Virus record (IMG/VR): IMGVR_UViG_3300031565_000015
Span: 4,860-68,859 of that record
Length of the DNA stretch: 64,000 nt
Strand: one strand, 5' to 3'
Source of the DNA: a virus
Below, piece after piece: positions 58,171 through 64,000 of the stretch (positions within the stretch are counted from its first letter, which is position 1; each line of letters opens with the position of its first letter). Position numbers and translations under genes: made by a program. Below the pieces are notes generated by a model. That model did not search any database. It worked only from the letters and a program-made list of their open reading frames with translations, and was not told where the DNA came from.

Positions 58171-58622
58171 AACAAACTCACTCCATATTTAAGTATTAAA
58201 AAAGATAATGCTGCTGCCGCTACGAGAGTTAAAATAGTATTCCTTGTGCCTTCTTCCTCATGGATGGCCCAAAGTAAGAACACCCCTGCACATAATATGG
58301 CTGCCGGTTTCATACTTCCTCACATCGGGTAATTACGGTTATATTTACGCTCAGATCCCGAGTGCATTTAATCTCAGTGTCTGGGCAGTTCCCTATCGGT
58401 TCGTGGTCTTTACCGTGGGGGCACCGGCAGCATTTACGGAACTGTTGGTCATATTTGTTACATTTTACTTTCATGGCACCCTCCGTTTCTTTGGGATTAT
58501 AAATTTAATATGGTATCGTTCGATAGCCTCTTTGATTTTTTTGTTCACTATCCGGTAGCCACCTGCTACATACGGTGTTTTAACCCTGGCCAGTTTTAAT
58601 AAGACTTCTATCCCGAATGATT

Positions 58623-58886
58623 TCATACACCCTCCACTCGCCCGGTCTCAGGCAGGTTAAATACATGGAAACCGTGCTGTTTTTCCCCGGTATATCTCCA
58701 ATCAGTTCCGTCAGTCTCAGTTAATAGTATTAAGTCATCTACGCCACCGAGCCTCTTTAATACTTCATAAAATTCTTCCATCCTCTCAGGATCAGGTGGT
58801 CGGAACCAAGAAAGTCCATATTTCTTACCAAGACTGATCCCAATCCCAGAAGGTCTGTGGACTAAAAACATCCTGTTATCTGCCAT
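58623..58886 (-). CDS. Hypothetical protein
   Basis: MADNRMFLVHRPSG; flanked by 31-bp direct repeats. Confidence 0.6.
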   Translation of the reverse strand: MADNRMFLVHRPSGIGISLGKKYGLSWFRPPDPERMEEFYEVLKRLGGVDDLILLTETDGTDWRYTGEKQHGFHVFNLPETGRVEGV

Positions 58887-58918
58887 TATACACCCTCCAC
58901 TCGCCCGGTCTCAGGCAG
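58625..58918. repeat. 31-bp perfect direct repeat (58625-58655 and 58888-58918)
   Basis: atacaccctccactcgcccggtctcaggcag twice. Confidence 0.92.
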
Positions 58919-59075
58919 TAACCATTTTACCACATCTTTCTTCGCTGTGAGTACTGACCGTATGGCTGGCGCCCCGAGCAGATCCTTGATCCGGTAGACC
59001 CTGGCGGTCATGGTGGACGGTTGGACTACGTAGATGAATGTCTTTTTGTTTTTATTTTTCATGGTGGGCGGCTCC

Positions 59076-59459
59076 TTATGATATTTTCAGATAAGAAGTT
59101 ATGTTGTATCCTTTAACCTTCCGATAGTCGCTTAAAAGCATAACCCCGTTTTTTCCCGGATCATATATTTTACCGCCGCACTTCAAAACCCAATGCCAAT
59201 TGTATTTTTCCCAATCCAATTTGACTTTAAGGATAGCCGTTTCTGGGAGTTTGCTGAAATCTCCATAAATAGGCATTAATCGCGTCGCCGACCTATTTTT
59301 TAATTTTCTCAATGCTTTAGAGATATCTTTTGTTTTAGTAGAACCTTTAGTTCCGAAAGCCTTAAAAGCTTGATGCAGCGATATACCAGCGAACATAGCT
59401 ACGCAGCACTGCCCACAACAATACATGTCTTTCGGCTGCGCTTTATACTTTATATTCAT
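59076..59459 (-). CDS. C39-like papain-fold cysteine peptidase
   Basis: Q.....CG..CVAM...HWV.......YDP. Confidence 0.75.
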   Translation of the reverse strand: MNIKYKAQPKDMYCCGQCCVAMFAGISLHQAFKAFGTKGSTKTKDISKALRKLKNRSATRLMPIYGDFSKLPETAILKVKLDWEKYNWHWVLKCGGKIYDPGKNGVMLLSDYRKVKGYNITSYLKIS

Positions 59460-60433
59460 ATCATCACCTCAATCTGTTCAATCAACCATTTATCCCAGAA
59501 CTTTCGGTCTACCTGTGCTGGCAGATTCGTCAGTTCTGATAATAATTCGATGTCGCCCATCAGTGCTTCCAGCCACGGCGCCACTTCCGTCAAATAGTCC
59601 CTCTTACCGAGCTTAACGTCTCGTATCATTTCAGCCTGCACCAACGGGAATTTGATGTCTCCGTCTGAGAAGATACTGGATATCTGAAAAGCATATCTGA
59701 TTGCATGGGATACTGCCTTCCAGGCGATCCCTTCATTCTTTTCGGCCAGTAGCGCCCAGTGTCCGTAGGAATCTATGAATTTCCGCAAGATGTCAATACA
59801 GTACCCAATCTGTGCTGTTTTCTGCATCTTTTTACCACAAACCTGATAGAACTCTTCTTCCGCTCCACCGTGGGTCTTGTGGGATACGAAATGAATGTGT
59901 TCTCCTGTTGGAAGGCCGTCCCAAATCCACTCCATCTTTCCGTAAGGGTCACAACATTCAAGAAGATTCAGCACGACTCTGGCATCAGAGATCCGGCTGC
60001 CTTTGATCCCATACTTAGCGGCCTGTTCCCGGCAGTACCCGACAAACCCTTTCAGATTGTTGGTATAGAATCTGGATCTGTTTTCATGGATAAAATCCCA
60101 TGCCCGGCTGGTTTTGATCAGGTTCGGCTCGTTTACATGCAGCATATCAATGGCAATTGTCTCCCCTTTATACGCAAGTTCAAGGAAATAATGCAAGGAG
60201 TACAGTTCAATGTCCACATCTTCTGCCGTGTTCTTGCTCTTATCATTCCCGCTGTTGTAACTGACAGTCTTCGGAATCTTGTTCAGGAAGATTTCTTCCT
60301 TCGTGGGCATGAAGATTCCTTTAAAATCTTCATCACTGTCGGGCGTGTCAGTCCCATAGAGATGCGACCCAAACCGCATCAATAACAGGATGTCTCTGTC
60401 TTTGCAGACTGCTTCCAGGTGTCTGTTCATCAC
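59456..60433 (-). CDS. Pol-beta-superfamily nucleotidyltransferase (T4 NrdC.11-like)
   Basis: GSHLYGTDTPDSDEDFKGIF; QAAKYGIKGSR; WKAVSHAIR. Confidence 0.8.
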   Translation of the reverse strand: MMNRHLEAVCKDRDILLLMRFGSHLYGTDTPDSDEDFKGIFMPTKEEIFLNKIPKTVSYNSGNDKSKNTAEDVDIELYSLHYFLELAYKGETIAIDMLHVNEPNLIKTSRAWDFIHENRSRFYTNNLKGFVGYCREQAAKYGIKGSRISDARVVLNLLECCDPYGKMEWIWDGLPTGEHIHFVSHKTHGGAEEEFYQVCGKKMQKTAQIGYCIDILRKFIDSYGHWALLAEKNEGIAWKAVSHAIRYAFQISSIFSDGDIKFPLVQAEMIRDVKLGKRDYLTEVAPWLEALMGDIELLSELTNLPAQVDRKFWDKWLIEQIEVMI

Positions 60434-60439
60434 AATCTC

Positions 60440-60938
60440 CTCGTTTTATAATATCGTTCCACCAGACCTTCGGCTATCCGGTACAATTCTTCGTTACCTT
60501 CCGTCAGCACTGCCAGGAGCCTCTTCTTTTCGTGCATGTATACTCTGGCAAAATCACAATCGTTTTCGTGTTGTCTATCAGATCCGCCAGTTTGATCGTC
60601 TTTGCGTCCGGAGAGGCTTCTTTGGTGTGCATGAGGTCGATCCCCTTACGCTTGGACCTGTTACCGTCACTGGGGGCGGATATGTCTGTCAGATCAGCTA
60701 CCAGACAAGCCACTGAGTGGCCAAAAGTGAGGGCTATATCGATTATGTTCACACTTGTGTCTTCCACCACGTCGTGGAGTGCTGCCGCTGACAGTAACTC
60801 TTCACTATTCGATACTGAGAAAACCAACCCGGCTACGGCCAGGGGGTGGCAGATATAGGGTTCGTTGGTATACTTCCGGTACTGCCCGGAATGGGCTGCT
60901 TTGGCGAATGTCATTGCTTGGTTGAGTTGTGAGTACAC
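60440..60938 (-). pseudogene. RelA/SpoT-type HD hydrolase (Mesh1/SAH-like), frameshifted near the C-terminus
   Basis: AH.GQ.RKY..EPYI.HP, LHDVVEDT, KLADLIDN; the expected DFARVYMHEKKRLLAVL continues in another frame from about 60555. Confidence 0.7.
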
Positions 60939-60962
60939 GTTTGCCCCCTTTGTGGTTCTATA

Positions 60963-61235
60963 TCATCTATTTTCAATTTCTCTTTCTCTATAGCCTTTCA
61001 CTGGAACAAAGTTACTGCCTATCACATAGACATTTAAACATTTACCCTTTGTTTTTTCCGCGAAACGGATTGCGAGTTCCCATGCCTCTTCTTCTGTTTT
61101 AATGAGAGTTTCACCGTCGTGTTTTTCTGGAAAATAGTCTGAGTGCAACATGCCTCCTCTTTTATGCTCAAAATGTACCATGTACCCTTCCGTCTCTTGC
61201 CCGTCGATTATCTCTAAAGCTTTTTTAAGTTTCAT
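60963..61235 (-). CDS. Hypothetical protein
   Basis: CGGGAG RBS; P1 promoter upstream. Confidence 0.6.
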   Translation of the reverse strand: MKLKKALEIIDGQETEGYMVHFEHKRGGMLHSDYFPEKHDGETLIKTEEEAWELAIRFAEKTKGKCLNVYVIGSNFVPVKGYREREIENR

Positions 61236-61268
61236 AATCTGTTCTCCCGTTAAATTTAATCCTGTTCA

Positions 61269-61298
61269 AGTAGTATCAGTATAATATCTATTTGTCAA
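61269..61298 (-). promoter_or_regulatory. Class P1 repeated promoter
   Basis: agtagtatcagtataatatctatttgtcaa. Confidence 0.75.
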
Positions 61299-61339
61299 GA
61301 AAAATAAAGCCCACCAGGAAAATAAATCTCTGGTGGGCT
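61299..61339 (-). terminator. Rho-independent terminator
   Basis: AGCCCACCAG/CTGGTGGGCT stem followed by TTATTTTT on the minus strand. Confidence 0.8.
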
Positions 61340-61363
61340 CGGTACGACTACGTGGTTACTGTA

Positions 61364-61747
61364 TTACAATTCGTCCAGCATCTTCCGGAGGTCTTCCATA
61401 CTGGACTCCTGGAGAGACTGGTCTTCTTTCATGGCCATGATGGACATGATCTTCTGTTTCTTTTCACGGAGAGCAACGGCTTTTTCCGCTTTTTCAGCCA
61501 CTTCCAGGCGGACGTTGATGATGTGGGTAACAATATCAAAGGCAAGCTGTGTCAGTGCATCATGAGACTTCACCTTTACCACAAAACTCTCGACATCATC
61601 AGTGTTCAGCTTCCGGTACAGGCCCTTCGCGATGTCGTCCAGGTTGGCGCCGTTTCCGGTCAACGGAATATCCCACAAATCTTCAACTGTCAGCAATCCT
61701 TTGGGTGTTTCAAACCGTAATTTAATTTTACTCGCTTTTTCAAACAT
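61364..61747 (-). CDS. Conserved phage protein
   Basis: MFEKAS..KLRF.T.KG.L.VEDLWD.PL pattern. Confidence 0.75.
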   Translation of the reverse strand: MFEKASKIKLRFETPKGLLTVEDLWDIPLTGNGANLDDIAKGLYRKLNTDDVESFVVKVKSHDALTQLAFDIVTHIINVRLEVAEKAEKAVALREKKQKIMSIMAMKEDQSLQESSMEDLRKMLDEL

Positions 61748-61760
61748 GATTCTTTCTCCT

Positions 61761-63806
61761 TTAGAAAATTATTTTTATGACTCTGGAAAAACTCCCGTTC
61801 ACACGGCAAAGCACGCTGTTTCTTTGGGTTGATGAGAACCCAAGACCGCTGAGTTGATTGTCTGACTCTTCCGTCTTCATCTTGGACCCAAGGACCTCGA
61901 ACACTTTTCGGTGATCCCGGAGTTCATCCGTCAGAAATTCATTGAAGAACCCCCGAGCCTGGCCTGGATTCAGGCAGTTTTCGATCATGAAGAAGAAATG
62001 CCTGTTACCTGTGGTGCGCGAGTCCCAGTGGTTCGGGGAGTACATCACCATCGACACGTTATGGAACTTCTGTGTGTTCACACCCCATGCTTCTTTGGAT
62101 GTCTGCCCATGCTCCAGTTTATGTTCTATCGTGAATCTCCCATTTTTTAGTGTAACAACAGCGACGGTAACCCACTCTTTGTTTCTTGTGGGGGGGTATT
62201 CATATTTGAAAATATTCCCATCAAATTCAATTTCTGCTTCACCCCTGCCCCCACTCAACCGAAAATTCCAATTGTGAATTTTGCAGATATATTTTCCCTC
62301 GGGCATTTTAGACAGAGATGGAAAAGTGATGTTTTCGACAGGGACAAATCCCTCCTTGGCCTGTTCAGTATAATCCACATCTTGCACCCCTCCAGAGGAG
62401 TGGTCATTCCGACAATTCCACCCAACCCTTCTCCCAGAACCGTATCTGTCGTGTATTTTATCATCAGTATGATTGTTGCCCGGCATAAATACATGCAAAT
62501 CCATCAAAGATCGGTTCGGCTCTAACCGATTCCACGAATGCGTGAAGCGGAACACTCCGTCGACCCTTCCTCCAAGTTTTTTAACCTTTTCTCGTAATGA
62601 GTCGGCTACTTCCCCGGCGTATGCCCAACTGAAATTGTTATGCCATTTGAACATACCTTTGGCTGTGGGGTCCACCGGGGCAATCAGACTTACCATATTG
62701 CTGGTGTGCCGGTTCTCCAACATAAGTTCGATGGAACTGGCGGACGGCATGATCTTGGATATGAAAGATTCAATACCCACCTCTTCCACTTTGTCCAGTT
62801 TTTTAAGATCTTCCGGTACCTGGCTGGCCAGTTCATCAAACACATTCATCCGTTTTCTGGCAGTTCTGTCGGCGAACAGCACATTGTTGATTGTGATGTC
62901 TTCGGCCACTGCGTACCGACGGTCAAGGGCCGATGTGTAGCCGAGGGCGTCAATTTCATCCTGGGCTCGTTGGATCATTGCCTTTGTGATCAAAGCAGTG
63001 GGCCGTTTGTAGTTGGTCGGGGCCACTTTAGCCTCGAAGGAAGCGACCGCTTGCCCGAGTTCACGCCCTTCGGACAGATCCGTCACCAAGGTGCCGATGG
63101 CAGTATTCCTGAAATTGGTCACTGACTGAGGAACGTCCTGGAAAGACAGCCAACAAAAGAGATCCTGTTCAGGGCAAGGGTCGAACAGTCTTTTTATTTC
63201 CCGGAACTGCGCCACTGCAAATCTGTTTTCTTCCCCTCGATATAGAGAGTTCTGGTCGATCAGTTCTATAACAGTCTCAAGGGCATCGACAGTTATCTCA
63301 GACAGACTGCGAAAGAACACACCTCTTGTGCTTCTGGCTTCGGACAGTTTTGTTCCTTTGTCATCTTTTCTGACCACATACTCCGGCGGAATCTTGATAA
63401 AGAAATGTTCCCATGTCAAAGTTTCTCCAGACTCCAGGGCCTGGTAGTTTTTGTCGGTACCGGCAGTTCCTTCAGTGTGCAGGAAGATATTACTGATTGA
63501 CTTGGATTTTACCAGTTCTGCCATCTTACCAGAAACAATTCCGTAGTCTCCTGTCAGAGTTGTATCCCACAGGCTTTCGACCCGTCCGTCAATTATAGCC
63601 ACAACATTACCGACTGCTCGGATGAAGCTCTTACAGCACTGACAGTCATGTTCTGTTCTTTCCCGGAACACAGGGTTGCTTCCTTCGGGGAAACTGGACA
63701 AATACGTCTCCCAAAGGGTGTCTTTGTCCACATCTGTGACGAAAAGGTTGTGTGGCTGCATCTTTAGGAACTGATTACCTACTGCTGTCTTGAAATCTTT
63801 AAACAT
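61761..63806 (-). CDS. Large conserved phage protein of unknown function
   Basis: LWETYL.SFP...EHDCQCCKSFI; DLH...DVD...VENI segment. Confidence 0.75.
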   Translation of the reverse strand: MFKDFKTAVGNQFLKMQPHNLFVTDVDKDTLWETYLSSFPEGSNPVFRERTEHDCQCCKSFIRAVGNVVAIIDGRVESLWDTTLTGDYGIVSGKMAELVKSKSISNIFLHTEGTAGTDKNYQALESGETLTWEHFFIKIPPEYVVRKDDKGTKLSEARSTRGVFFRSLSEITVDALETVIELIDQNSLYRGEENRFAVAQFREIKRLFDPCPEQDLFCWLSFQDVPQSVTNFRNTAIGTLVTDLSEGRELGQAVASFEAKVAPTNYKRPTALITKAMIQRAQDEIDALGYTSALDRRYAVAEDITINNVLFADRTARKRMNVFDELASQVPEDLKKLDKVEEVGIESFISKIMPSASSIELMLENRHTSNMVSLIAPVDPTAKGMFKWHNNFSWAYAGEVADSLREKVKKLGGRVDGVFRFTHSWNRLEPNRSLMDLHVFMPGNNHTDDKIHDRYGSGRRVGWNCRNDHSSGGVQDVDYTEQAKEGFVPVENITFPSLSKMPEGKYICKIHNWNFRLSGGRGEAEIEFDGNIFKYEYPPTRNKEWVTVAVVTLKNGRFTIEHKLEHGQTSKEAWGVNTQKFHNVSMVMYSPNHWDSRTTGNRHFFFMIENCLNPGQARGFFNEFLTDELRDHRKVFEVLGSKMKTEESDNQLSGLGFSSTQRNSVLCRVNGSFSRVIKIIF

Positions 63807-63855
63807 TTTTACTTCTCCCGTTCTGAGTTTTTGTGCTGCCTTCGCACTTGGGTAT

Positions 63856-63885
63856 AGTAGTATCAGTATAATATCTATTTGTCAA
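63856..63885 (-). promoter_or_regulatory. Class P1 repeated promoter
   Basis: agtagtatcagtataatatctatttgtcaa, identical to the 61269 copy. Confidence 0.75.
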
Positions 63886-64000
63886 CAATTATTTACGTGC
63901 CACAGAGCTGAAAGATTTTACACACCAGTGCCTCGCAATTCACTATAGTGAAATGAATTTCACCCTAAAGTATTCTTTCATACAAAACTGCACGCGAAGG

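Noticed and set aside
58625-58918. LPETG as a sortase anchoring signal
   Set aside because: No following TM helix or basic tail; it arises from the DNA duplication.

Overview
The window is most or all of a tailed dsDNA siphophage genome (HK97-fold). It holds a replication block (primase-helicase, intein-containing SF2 helicase, family A DNA polymerase, SSB, Cas4-like nuclease, VRR-NUC), a complete minus-strand morphogenesis block (HNH, TerS, TerL, portal, ClpP protease, capsid, head-tail, tail tube, frameshifting tail chaperone, tape measure, tail tip and fibre), an M15 endolysin, and many small accessory ORFs. I saw no integrase, repressor, CRISPR array or reverse transcriptase. The most striking observation is a 21-aa stretch matching the conserved N-terminus of dissimilatory sulfite reductase DsrA, embedded in a small unrelated phage ORF; this points to a sulfate-reducing host and a possible peptide mimic. 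Other oddities are a tRNA-like RNA with a rebuilt anticodon region next to a duplicated structured 62-bp element, a tandem REFKVP/Cys paralogue family, a double-GT2 glycosyltransferase inside the tail operon, an orphan tail-tube-like gene, two repeated promoter/operator motif families and several direct-repeat-flanked gene cassettes. All family calls come from motif recognition by eye; no database searches were run.
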